From NCBI GenBank assembly GCA_028826165.1, contig JAPDFW010000022.1:62001-126000 (forward strand): a stretch of DNA of 64,000 nucleotides. The letters run 5' to 3'. Every line of letters starts with the position of its first letter. Position 1 is the stretch's first letter. The position numbers and the translations under genes are program-made. Positions 37,399 through 51,494 of this stretch are shown here, one piece after another. Below the pieces are notes generated by a model, which did not search any database, was not told the DNA's origin, and was given only the letters and a program-made list of their open reading frames with translations. The DNA comes from Anaeramoeba ignava BMAN (Eukaryota > Protista > Anaeramoebae).

Positions 37399-38148
37399 TG
37401 AATCTCTCTAATTTTTAAACGTTAAATTGATTTTTTTTCAAATCATTTTTTCACATCTTTTATTTTTCAAAATCTTTTACAAAGAAAAAATAAAGAATTT
37501 TTGTTGAAGGAAATAATTGAATTTTGTATTGGATTCAGTTAAAATTAATATATTTCAAAATGAAAAAAGAAAAAATTTGAAAAATTGATCAAAACAATTA
37601 TCTTTTGAATTCTCATAAATTTCTTATTCATATCATTAATTGAATTTTTCTCATCAATTTCTTTTCTCAATAATCAAGTTCAGTTGTATGAAACAGAATA
37701 GAAAAAAGAACCAAAATGAAGAAATATTCAACAAAATTTTCCAAAAGATAAAAATTTGTTTGAAAAGTTTTGGATTATGAAATTATGGAGATTGTCCCAA
37801 ATAAAAAAAAAGTAGTATTTCTTTTTCTTTTTCCAAATAGAAAAAATTGATGTTTTTTTGATCTATTCTTTAATTATTTTTTTTAATAAAAAGGGGAAAA
37901 ATCAAATTTTTTATTTTTTTTTATTTTTTTTTCAAAGTGACAGCTGTCACTTCAAAAGGGGAAAAAATGACAAAATATTTTTGCTTGCGGGGAAGGCTTT
38001 AATAAAAATATTTATATTTTATTTATTAGTTATTATTAAAATTAATGAAATAAATTTAATAAAAATATTTAAATATTTAAATAAATAAATATGTTTTAAA
38101 AAATTAAAAAATAAGAAGAAAAATTAATTAAAATTTAAATTAATAAAA

Positions 38149-38219
38149 GCATCGTTGGTTCAGTGGTAGAATACAAGCTTGCCATGTTTGTGATCCGGGT
38201 TCGATTCCCGGACGATGCA
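38149..38219 (+). tRNA. tRNA-Gly (anticodon GCC), 71 nt, no intron
   Basis: Cloverleaf: GCATCGT/ACGATGC acceptor, GTTC/GAAT D-stem, CAAGC-TTGCCAT-GTTTG anticodon arm, CCGGG-TTCGATT-CCCGG T-arm; T-runs downstream. Confidence 0.97.
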
Positions 38220-38480
38220 CTTTAATTTATATTTTTTTTTTTAAATTATTTTTTTTTCCTTTTTTTTTTAATTAAAAAAAAATCTTTTTTTAGTTTTTAA
38301 ATTATGATTTTTTTTAATTAAAAAATATTTTAAAATTTAATTTACAAAAACTTTATTTATTTAATTTAATCAATTATGTTTTATTAAATAGAAAGGATCT
38401 TTATTGAAAAAGAAATTAAAATTTTTTCATTTTTTTTTCATTTTTTTTTGTTATTTTTTATTAAAATTTAAAAATTTAAA

Positions 38481-41400
38481 ATGGGGAATTTTGAAAGTAA
38501 AAAAATGATTAAAAAAAATCAATTAAAATCATATAGAAAGAAAATACATGAATCACAACAACCAGTTATTTTATTTCTTTCAAATGGAGTTATAATTGAA
38601 GCAAATAAACAAGCTCAAATTCTTTTTGAAGTTCCAAATGATTCATTTTTATTAAAAGAATCTTTATCAAATTTAACAGTTGAATTTCAAGATATTCCCA
38701 AAAAAAGCACAAAAGAATTTATTCAAGATTTACTTGATGCTGTTTCTCAGTAAATAAATAAATAATTAATTAAATTTTATTTATTATTTATTATTATTAT
38801 TATTTATTATTTATTAAAAAATTAAATAAAAGATTACAAAGTGGAACTATTGATGTTGATTTTCAATGTTTAACAGCTAAAAAAAATCCAATTTTTGTTC
38901 ATGTATTTATTACAACAATCAATTTATCTGGTTCAAAAGCTATTGAATGTGTTTTTACAAAACCTTCAGAAAGAATGAAACAATTAGAAGAAAAAGCTGC
39001 AAAAAAAACTAAAGATTATAAACAAGAAATTGAAAATATCAAATTGAAAATCAAAAAACTTAAATTTGAAATTAAAAATTTAGAAAGTTCAGATATGAAA
39101 GGTTCACTTCAAATGAAATATAATGCAATGCTTGAAAGATTGAAAACAAAAAATAAAGAAGTTGAAAGTTTAAATTTGAAAATTGATTCTTTAAAAATGC
39201 AACTTGGAGAAAAAGAAAATAATAAATTAAAAGAAAAAATTGATGAACTTTTAGAAAAAAAACAAAAATTATTTGAAATCATTAAAACAAGATGGGTTAC
39301 AGAAAGAAAAAGAGAACAATTCCAACATTTATTAAATCAAGAAACCAAGAAATCTAAAAAATATAAAAGAGAATTAGATTATCATAAACAATTATTTGAA
39401 GAATTAAAAATCAAAAAGAAAAATTTAGAAATTAAATCAAATGAATTTATAAAATCATTAGAACCTGATTCTGATTTTAAAGAAAGTGAAAATGAAAATG
39501 AAAATCAAAATCAAAATCAAAATCAAATTGAAAATCAAAATCAAAATCAAAATCAAAATCAAATTGAAAATCAAATTGAAAATCAAATTGAAAATCAAAA
39601 TCAAAATCAAAATCAAAATCAAAATCAAAATCAAAATAAAATTGAAAATCAAAATCAAATTGAAAATAAAAATGAAAATCAAATTGAAAATGAAATTGAA
39701 AATAAAATTGAAAATGAAGATAAAAATCAAATTGAAAATCAAAATCAAAATCAAATTGAAAATGAAAATCAAAATCAAAATCAAATTGAAAATCAAATTG
39801 AAAATGAAAATCAAAATGAAAATCAAAATGAAAATCAAAATGAAAATCAAAATGAAAATCAAAATGAAAATCAAAATGAAAATCAAAATGAAAATCAAAA
39901 TGAAAATCAAAATCAAAATCAAAATGAAAATCAAATTGAAAATCAAAATCAAAATCAAATTGAAAATAAAAATCAAAATCAAAATCAAAATCAAAATCAA
40001 AATCAAAATCAAATTGAAAATCAAATTGAAAATAAAAATCAAAATCAAAATCAAAATCAAAATCAAAATGAAAATCAAAATGAAAATCAAATTGAAGATA
40101 AAAATGAAAATCAAAATCAAAATCAAATTGAAAATCAAAATCAAAATCAAAATGAAAATGAAAATGAAAATCAAAATAAAAATCAAATTGAAAATAAAGA
40201 TAAAAATCAAAATGAAAATCAAATTGAAAATCAAAATCAAAATCAAAATCAAAATCAAAATCAAATTGAAAATGAAAATGAAAATCAAAATGAAAATCAA
40301 ATTCAAAATAAAATTGAAAATCAAAATCAAAATGAAAATGAAAACCAAATTGAAGATAAAAATCAAATTGAAAATCAAATTGAAAATCAAAATCAAAATC
40401 AAAATCAAAATCAAATTCAAATTGAAAATGAAAATGAAAATCAAAATCAAAATCAAATTGAAAATGAAAATGAAAACCAAATTGAAAATCAAATTGAAAA
40501 TGAAAATGAAATTGAAAATGAAATTGAAAATCAAATTGAAAATGAAAATGAAAATGAAAATGAAAATGAAGAAGATAAAATATTTAAAATTATTAAAGAA
40601 ATATCCAAAAAAATTGAAGAAGAAGTTGAAAAAGAAATTAATGATGAATTAAAAAATGAAAATCAAAAAAGAATAGAAGCAGTTGTTGAAAAAAAAGAAG
40701 AAAAAGAAAATTATGAAATGATTTCAGATAATGAAGAAATTGAAATGAGATCAGAAAGTGAAGATGAACTTGAAATTGAAGTTGAAAAATATCAAAATGA
40801 AATTATTGAAATTCAGAAAAAAATAAATGAAGAAAAAGAAATAAAAAAGAAAGCAGAAATACAAAGACAAAAAGAAATCAAAGCACAAAAAGCAATTCAA
40901 GAAAAAATCAATATTTTAATGAATGAATTGAAAAAGAAAACATTTGAAAATAATAAACTTCGAATTGAAATTGAAAATATGAGTCAAACAGATTTAGCAA
41001 ATTCATTAGAAACTGATACTTATTCTGATATTTCAGAAGTTTGTTATTATAAATAATATTTATAAATAATATTTATAAATAATAAAATAAATAAATAAAA
41101 TAAATAGGATGCACGTTCAAAAGATGGAACAACATCAACATCAACAACAAGATTTCAACAAATAGAAGAAAATTCTTTTGATGAAAATGTAAATTTATTT
41201 AAAAATAATATTTCCTTTTTTTTTAAATTAAAAATTAAATTTAAAATTATAGAGTGAAAATCCATTTAAAGATTTAATAAGTGTTTTAAATAATCCACAA
41301 ACAGTAGAATATTTTAGAGAATTTTTAGTTGAACATTTTAATCAAGAAAATTTATTACTTTATATTGAAATTGAAAAATTTAAAAAACTTTCTGAAAATT

Positions 41401-42940
41401 CTGATGTAAAAATCATAAATTAATCAATAATCAAAAATTAATAAATTAATAAAATTAATAAATTAAAAAATAAATAGAAAGTTGATGAATTTGCTAAAAA
41501 TATTTATGAAAAATTTATTAAACAAGATTCTATTTTTGAAATTGAAATGAATCCAAAAAAAAGAAATGAAATTAGTGATTTGATATCAACTCAAAAAATA
41601 CCATTAACAATTTTTAATGAGGTTTGAATTAAAAAATTAAAAAATTATAAAAATATAAAATTAAAAAATTAAAAAATTATAAAATTAAAAAAATCAAAAT
41701 AGCTTCAAGAAAACATTTATAACATTTTAGAACAAAATTTTTGGAGTGCATTTATTAATTCTAATATATATAAATTATTAAGAATTAGATATCAAAAAAA
41801 AACATTAGAAAATATTCCTCAAATCAAAAAAGTAAAAATATTAAAATTAAAATTAAAATAATTAAAATTAAAATTAAAATTAAAATTAAAATTAAAATTC
41901 AAATTAAAATTAAAATTAAAATTAAAATTAAAATTAAAATTAAAATTAAAATTAAAATTAAAATTAAAATTAAAAATTAAAATTAAAATAAAAATTAAAA
42001 TTAAAATTAAAATAAAAATTAAAATTAAAATTAAAATAAAAATTAAAATTAAAATCAAAATTAAAATTAAAATCAAAATTAAAATAAGATTGATATAACT
42101 AAAGGATTAAGAGAATCCAAAGCATTAAATTCACAATTTGAATATAAATATGTATCAAGACATCCATGTGTTGTTGCAGAAGAACTTTGTGAGAAAATTA
42201 TTGATATATGTTCAGCTAATTATTCGATAAGTACTGAAACAATAACACTTGATTCAGTTTCACATTCAGTTAGTTTTAGAAGATTTGCATTAGCAACACT
42301 TGAATTACAAAATGTTGAATTGAATGAATTAAGTTCAGAAGAATTAATACCATTTTTCATCAATATTTATAATGTTTTATCTATTCATGGAATAATATTG
42401 AAAGGAACAACAGGAGAAAAAAAAGCACAAAATAAATTTATGAATGAAACTAAATATCAAATTGGAAAATATTTCTTTTCATTAAATGATATTAAAAATG
42501 GAATATTAAGACAAAATCAAGGAAAAGGAATAAAAAGTAAACATTTTAAAACAAATGATGAAAGAAGTAATTATTCAATTAAGAAATTAGATCCAAGAAT
42601 TCATTTTGGAATTGTTAATTTTTGGATGGGATCACCAGTTAGAGTATATTATAATCAAAATTATGAAGAAGAACTTGAAACAACAACAAAAACATTTATT
42701 GAAAAAAATGTTATTATTAGTACAAAATCAAAAAAAATATTACTTCCTAAATTATTTAGAAAATATTCAAAAGATTTTGGAAATGGAATTAATGAAGTTT
42801 TAAAATGGATTTTAGGATATTTTAAAAAAGTAGAATATGAAGAAATTTTAAACAAATTAAATGAATATGAAGTTAAATTTAGTTCAAATATTAATATTCC
42901 AATGCTTATTTTTGATTCAGAATATTCTTCATTTAAATAA
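38481..42940 (+). CDS. PAS - coiled coil - ENQ repeat - RGS - DUF547 multidomain protein
   Basis: MGNFES start; PAS-like GVIIEANKQAQILF..FQCLTAKKNPIFVHV; RGS-like VEYFREFLVEHFNQENLLLYIEIEKFK..AKNIYEKFI..FEIEM..FINSNIY; DUF547-like FFINIYNVLSIHG..FSLNDIKNGILR..DPRIHF; six GT-AG introns. Confidence 0.82.
39487..40570 (+). repeat. Coding hexamer microsatellite (AAAATC/AAAATG/CAAATT) encoding about 360 aa of N/Q/E/I repeats
   Basis: Lies within the 38975-41056 open frame. Confidence 0.9.
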
Positions 42941-43123
42941 TTTTCTTTTTTCTTTTTTTCTTTTCTTCTTTCAAATCATAATTTGTTTTTAAAAACAAAA
43001 ATGAAATCCAATTTTTTGGAAATGATTTGATTTATTGGAAATTTTTTTTATTAAAAAAATTGGAGATTTTGATTAGATGAAAAGAAAAAATTTGATTTCA
43101 AAAAAAGAAAGAAAGAAAAAAAA

Positions 43124-44229
43124 CTAATTTTGGAAAAGTAAATTTCTGATTTCAGGTAATAAAGCCTCAAAAGCGAGAAGAAGTCTGTTATCAAGAGTGT
43201 TTGAACAAACAATTTTTCCGTTTGGAGAACTTAAAACAACACCTCCAGAACTAATTTTCAAATAAAATAAAAATTAAAAATGAAATTAAAATTAAAATTA
43301 AAATTAAAATTAAAATTAAAATTAAAATTAAAATTAAAATTAAAATTAAAATTAAAATTAAAAATAAAAATACCAAAATGAATCATTTTCAGAAGGAGGA
43401 GGAGGAAGGAAATCACTGTTTAATAAATGGGCTTGACAAACAAAACCAGTTAATTCTTTAAATTTTTTAGTTGCATAAGGAATTGATTTTTGGACGATTT
43501 CATAATCGCATTGTCTAACTTGAATGAATAATTTTGGTTCCATAATTTTTAACATTCCCTATTTATTAAATAATTTTGAATTTTAAATATTTTTGATTAA
43601 TATTTTTGATTAATATTTTTAATTTAAATATTTTTGAATTTTAAATATTTTTGAATTTTAAATAATTTTGAATTTAAATATTTTTGAATTTAAATATTTT
43701 TGAATTTAAATATTTACTTGAAGAATTAAATCTGAAAGTAATTGTTGATATGATTGTTTGGATACAGTTAAGTCAGAAATTCTTTTGTGTGCTTCTGATA
43801 AAATTTCTTGTATACACTCAAATTTTGTTTTGAGGATTTGAAGTCTTGAAGAATTAATAATATTTGATTGATAACTTGATATTTTTTATAATTTTAATTT
43901 TAATTTTAATTTTAAATTTTAATTTTAATTTTAATTTTAATTTTAATTTTAATTTTAATTTTAATTTTAATTTTAATTTTAATTTTAATTTTAATTTTAA
44001 TTTTTAATTTTAATTTTTATGCAAACATTTTATGATCAATTTGAGCTTGTTTATGCTTTCTTTCAAATTCTTCATTTAATTTAATTTGTTCTTCTTCAAC
44101 TTTTGTGTTTCTTTGAACAGAAGAATCTTCTTTGGCTTTTTGTTTAATAGATTCAGCTCTTTCTTTAGCTTCTTCAATAATAAAAGCAATCATTTTATCA
44201 ATGTGTTCTTTCTTTTCTTTTTCATTCAT
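43124..44229 (-). CDS. ATP6V1E: V-type ATPase subunit E
   Basis: IDKMIAFIIEEAKERAESI, SNIINSSRLQILK, LLSDLILQ, SGGVVL, GKIVCSNTLDNRL, LPEIRNLLF; three introns. Confidence 0.92.
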
Positions 44230-44449
44230 TTTATATTATTTTTTGTTTTAATGTAAATTTTTCAATATAAAGTTTTGAAAAAAATGATTTGATTTTTTAT
44301 TCCAAATGGAAAAATTTTTGAAAAGGATTTTTAAGTTATATTAAATTGGAAAAAATGGTTAAAATGATTAAAATGTTTTTTTTAAAAAATGAAAGAAAAA
44401 AAATGAAAAAAAAAAAAAGAAAAATTTATTCAAAAAATGGTTAATTGAA

Positions 44450-47400
44450 GAATTATTTTATTAAAAGGTTTATTAATAAATTAATTTAAAATTATTTTAT
44501 TAATAAGTTTATAAAGGAATTAATTAACTTTTTAATTGGAAAATAAATAAAAAATTTAATTAAAATTTTCTTATTGAAAAATTAAAATAAAATTTAATTA
44601 TTTTATTAAAAGAGTTTATTAATAAATTAATTTAAAATTATTTTATTAATAAGTTTATAAAGGAATTAATTAATGTTTTAAATAAAAAATTAAATAAAAA
44701 TTTAATTAAAATTTCTTATTGAAAAATTAAAATAAAATTTCTTATTGAAAAATTAAAATAAAATTTAATTATTTTATTAAAAGATTTATTAATAAATTAA
44801 TTTAAAAGTATTTTATTAATAAGTTTATAAAGGAATTAATTAACTTTTTAATTAAAAATTAAATAAAAATTTAATTAAAATTTCTTATTGAAAAATTAAA
44901 ATAAAATTAAATTATTTTATTAAAAGGTTTATTTATAAATTAATTTAAAAGTATTTTATTAATAAGTTTATAAAGGAATTAATTAATGTTTTAATTGGAA
45001 AATTAATAAAAATTTAATTAAAATTTCTTATTGAAAAATTAAAATAAAATTAAATTGTTTTAATAAAAGGTTTATTAATAAATTAATTTAAAAATTATTT
45101 TATTAATAAGTTTATAAAGGAATTAATTAACTTTTTAATTAAAAATAAATAAAAATTTAATTAAAATTTTCTTATTGAAAAATTAAAATAAAATTTAAAT
45201 TATTTTATTAAAAGATTTATTAATAAATTAATTTAAAATTATTTTATTAATAAGTTTATAAAGGAATTGATTAACTTTTTAATTGAAAAATTAAATAAAA
45301 AAAATTTAATTAAAATTTCTTATTGAAAAATTAAAATGAAATTGAATTATTTTATTAAAAGATTTATTAATAAATTAATTTAAAAGTATTTTATAAATAA
45401 ATTTATAAAGGAATTAATTAACTTTTAATTAAAAATTAAATAAAAATTTAATTAAAATTTCTTATTGAAAAATTAAAATAAAATTAAATTAAATTAATAA
45501 AGGTTTATTAATAAATTAATTTAAAATTATTTTATTAATAAGTTTATAAAGGAATTAATTGATGTTTTAATTAAAAATAAATAAAAATTTAATTAAAATT
45601 TCTTATTGAAAAATTAAAATGAAATTAAATTGTTTTATTAAAAGGTTTATTTAATAAATTAATTTAAAATTATTTTATTAATAAATTTATAAAGGAATTA
45701 ATTAATGTTTTAATTGAAAAATATATTTAAAAATTAATTAAAATTTCTTATTGAAAAATTAAAATGAAATTAAATTATTTTATTAAAAGGTTTATTAATA
45801 AATTAATTTAAAATTATTTTATTAATAAAGTTATAAAGTAATTAATTAACTTTTTAATTAAAAAATTAAATAAAAATTTAATTAAAATTTCTTATTGAAA
45901 AATTAAAATGAAATTAAATTATTTTAATAAAAGGTTTATTAATAAATTAATTTAAAAGTATTTTATTAATAAATTTATAAAGGAATTAATTAATGTTTTA
46001 ATTAAAAATATATTTAAAAATTTAATTAAAATTTCTTATTGAAAAATTAAAATGAAATTAAATTATTTTAATAAAAGATTTATTAATAAATTAATTTAAA
46101 ATTATTTTATTAATAAGTTTATAAAGGAATTGATTAACTTTTTAATTAAAAATATATTTAAAAATTTAATTAAAATTTCTTATTGAAAAATTAAAATAAA
46201 ATTAAATTAAATTTTTAATAAAAGGTTTATTAATAAATTAATTTAAAATTATTTTATAAATAAATTTATAAAGGAATTGATTAACTTTTTAATTAAAAAT
46301 TAAATAAAAATTTAATTAAAATTTCTTATTGAAAAATTAAAATAAAATTAAATTAAATTAATAAAAGGTTTATTAATAAATTAATTTAAAAGTATTTTAT
46401 AAATAAATTTATAAAGGAATTAATTGATGTTTTAATTAAAAAATAAATAAAAAAATTTAATTAAAATTTCTTATTGAAAAATTAAAATGAAATTAAATTG
46501 TTTTATTAAAAGGTTTATTTATAAATTAATTTAAAATTATTTTATTAATAAATTTATAAAGGAATTAATTGATGTTTTAAATAAAAATTAAATAAAAAAA
46601 TTTAATTAAAAATTTAATAATCCAAAAATTAAAATGAAATTAAATTAAATTAATAAAAGGTTTATTTATAAATTAATTTAAAAGTATTTTATTAATAAAG
46701 TTTATAAAGGAATTGATTAACTTTTTAATTAAAAATTAATTAAAAATTAATTAAAATTTCTTATTGAAAAATTAAAATTAAATTAAATTAAATTTAATAA
46801 AAGGTTTATTTATAAATTAATTTAAAATTATTTTATTAATAAGTTTATAAAGGAATTAATTGATGTTTTAATTGGAAAATAAATAAAAATTTAATTAAAA
46901 TTTCTTATTGAAAAATTAAAATTAAATTAAATTAAATTAATAAAAGGTTTATTTATAAATTAATTTAAAATTATTTTATTAATAAATTTATAAAGGAATT
47001 AATTGATGTTTTAATTAAAAAATAAATAAAAATTTAATTAAAATTTCTTATTGAAAAATTAAAATAAAATTAAATTATTTTAATAAAAGGTTTATTAATA
47101 AATTATTTTAAAAGTATTTTATTAATAAGTTTATAAAGGAATTAATTAATGTTTTAATTAAAAATATATTTAAAAATTTAATTAAATTTTCTTATCCAAA
47201 AATTAAAATGAAATTGAATTATTTTAATAAAAGGTTTATTTATAAATTAATTTAAAATTATTTTATTAATAAAGTTTATAAAGGAATTAATTGATGTTTT
47301 AATTGGAAAATAAATAAAAATTTAATTAAATTTTCTTATTGAAAAATTAAAATAAAATTAAATTGTTTTATTAAAAGGTTTATTTATAAATTAATTTAAA

Positions 47401-48230
47401 ATTATTTTATTAATAAGTTTATAAAGGAATTAATTAATGTTTTAATTGGAAAATAAATAAAAATTTTTAATTTAAAAATTAAAATGAAATTGAATTAATT
47501 TAATAAAGGTTTATTAATAAATTAATTTAAAATTATTTTATTAATAAGATTATAAAGTAATTAATTAACTTTTAATTTTATTAATTAAAAATTAAATAAA
47601 AAATTTAATTAAAATTTCTTATTGAAAAATTAAAATGAAATTTAATTATTTTAATAAAAGATTTATTAATAAATTAATTTAAAATTATTTTATTAATAAG
47701 TTTAAAGGAATTTAATTAATGTTTTTAAATAAAAATATATTTAAAAATTTAATTAAAATTTCTTATTGAAAAATTAAAATGAAATTAAATTAAATTAATA
47801 AAAGGTTTATTTATAAATTAATTTAAAAGTATTTTATAAATAAAGTTATAAAGGCAATAATTGATGTTTTAAATAAAAAATATATTTAAAAATTAATGGA
47901 AAAATTTAGGAAAAATTTAGGAAAATTTTTTTAATTTAAAAATGGTTAATAGATTAAAATAAAATTAAATTATTTTAATAAAAGGTTTATTTATAAATTA
48001 TTTTGGAATTATTTTATTAATAAGTTTATAAAGGAATTAATTGATGTTTTAAATAAAAAATATATTTAAAAATTAATGGAAAAATTTAGGAAAATTTAAG
48101 GAAAATTTTTTTAATTTAAAAATGGTTAATAGATTAAAATAAAATTAAATTATTTTAATAAAAGATTTATTTATAAATTATTTTATTAATAAGATTATAA
48201 AGGAAATAATTGATGTTTTAATTGGAAAAT
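44450..48230. repeat. AT-rich satellite with ~143-147-bp unit, about 26 copies
   Basis: Landmark TAAAGGAAT and TTTCTTATTGAAAAATT recur at roughly 143-147-bp intervals (e.g. about 44971, 45115, 45259, 45406, 45547, 45690). Confidence 0.92.
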
Positions 48231-48372
48231 AATTGTAAAATTAAGATACGTCAGTTTATAAAAAAAATATTTTTTAAACACGTGTAATTAAAAAAAAAAA
48301 GGAAATTTAAAAGAAAAAAAACAAAATCAAAAAAAAGATCATTTTTTTTTTTAAATTTTCAAAAAAAGAATA

Positions 48373-49330
48373 ATGAAAGTTCTTATCTTAATTTTAGTGA
48401 TTGTGTTTGCAACATGCACACCATATCAACCAATGTTTGAATTATTCAAACAAAAATACAACAAACAATACACAGCCGAAGAAGAAGCTTATCGATACAG
48501 AGTATTTTCACAAAACGTTAAAAAGATGGAAGAACACAACAAGAAAGGAACCTTCCAATTAGGAATCAATCAATTCGCCGATTTGACCAATTCCGAATAT
48601 CAAAGCAAATATTTGCATCCAATCGAAATCACAAGAACTGGATCAACCATGAAGATGTCAAACGTTGAATTACCAACAACAGTTGATTGGAGAAAAGAAG
48701 GAGCAGTCACACCAATCAAGAATCAAGGACAATGCGGATCATGCTGGGCATTCTCAACAGTCGGAGCTATTGAAGGATGTGTTGAAATTGCAAGTAAAAA
48801 ATTGACTTCATTATCCGAACAAGAACTTGTTGATTGTGATTCAACTGATGATGGTTGCAATGGTGGATTAATGGGAAATGCTATGGATTGGGTTGCACAA
48901 AACGGTGGACTTTGCTCAGAATCAGCTTATCCTTATGTTGCTTATGATCAATCCTGCAAAAAGAGCAAATGCAATTCAGTTTCAACAATTACAGGACATG
49001 TTGAAGTTACCGAAGGTTCAGAAACCGCTCTTGCTACTGCTACTGCTGATAAAGGTCCTATCTCAGTTGGTATTGATGCTTCAAACTTCAGTTTCCAAAT
49101 GTATTCTTCTGGTGTCTACAATGAACCTGCTTGCTCTTCTACTCAATTAGATCATGGTGTTTTAGTTGTCGGTTATTCCTGTTGATGGTTCTACTCCTTA
49201 TTGGATCGTCAAAAATTCTTGGGGAACTGGTTGGGGTATTCAAGGTTATATCTGGATGTCAAAGGATAGAAACAACCAATGTGGTATTGCTACTTATGCT
49301 AACTATGGAACTGGTTGCAAAAGCCTTTAA
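48373..49330 (+). CDS. Cathepsin L-like C1A cysteine protease with I29 propeptide (1-nt frameshift near 49178)
   Basis: Signal peptide, [28 protein letters not shown]; after removing one C in TTCCT the frame continues [22 protein letters not shown] to a stop at 49328-49330. Confidence 0.92.
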
Positions 49331-49554
49331 ATTGCCTTTTTCAAAAAATTTTCTTTCTTTTTTTTGAAAAAGTTCCTTTTTCTCTTTTTTCCTTTTTTCC
49401 TTTTTTCTTTTTTTCTTTTTTCTTTTTTCTTTTTTCAATTCAAACATATCAAGCAAATGATAAAATCCTTTTCTAAAATTTGCTGCCAGAAATGACTCAA
49501 ATTCAAAAAAAAAAAAACAAATTTTCTTTTTTTAATTTTTTCTTTCTTTTTTTA

Positions 49555-51494
<1,940 letters not shown>

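Larger units (their letters stand above)
32923..37998 (+). mobile_element. Kolobok-like DNA transposon, 5,076 bp
   Basis: Perfect 27-bp TIRs AGCCTTCCCCGCAAGCAAAAATATTTT (32923-32949; 37972-37998); TTAA on both flanks (32919-32922; 37999-38002) against a single TTAA in the uninterrupted repeat units; AG..CT termini; DDE transposase inside. Confidence 0.88.

Noticed and set aside
32923-37998. piggyBac classification based on the TTAA TSD
   Set aside because: Termini are AG..CT rather than CC..GG, and the transposase motifs (D..DPWH..H-x3-H-x2-C..NES) do not resemble the piggyBac DDD core.
49170-49190. Cathepsin pseudogene
   Set aside because: A single 1-nt insertion with all catalytic motifs intact; similar single indels occur at about 588 and 3850, so consensus error is more likely. 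Not excluded without reads.
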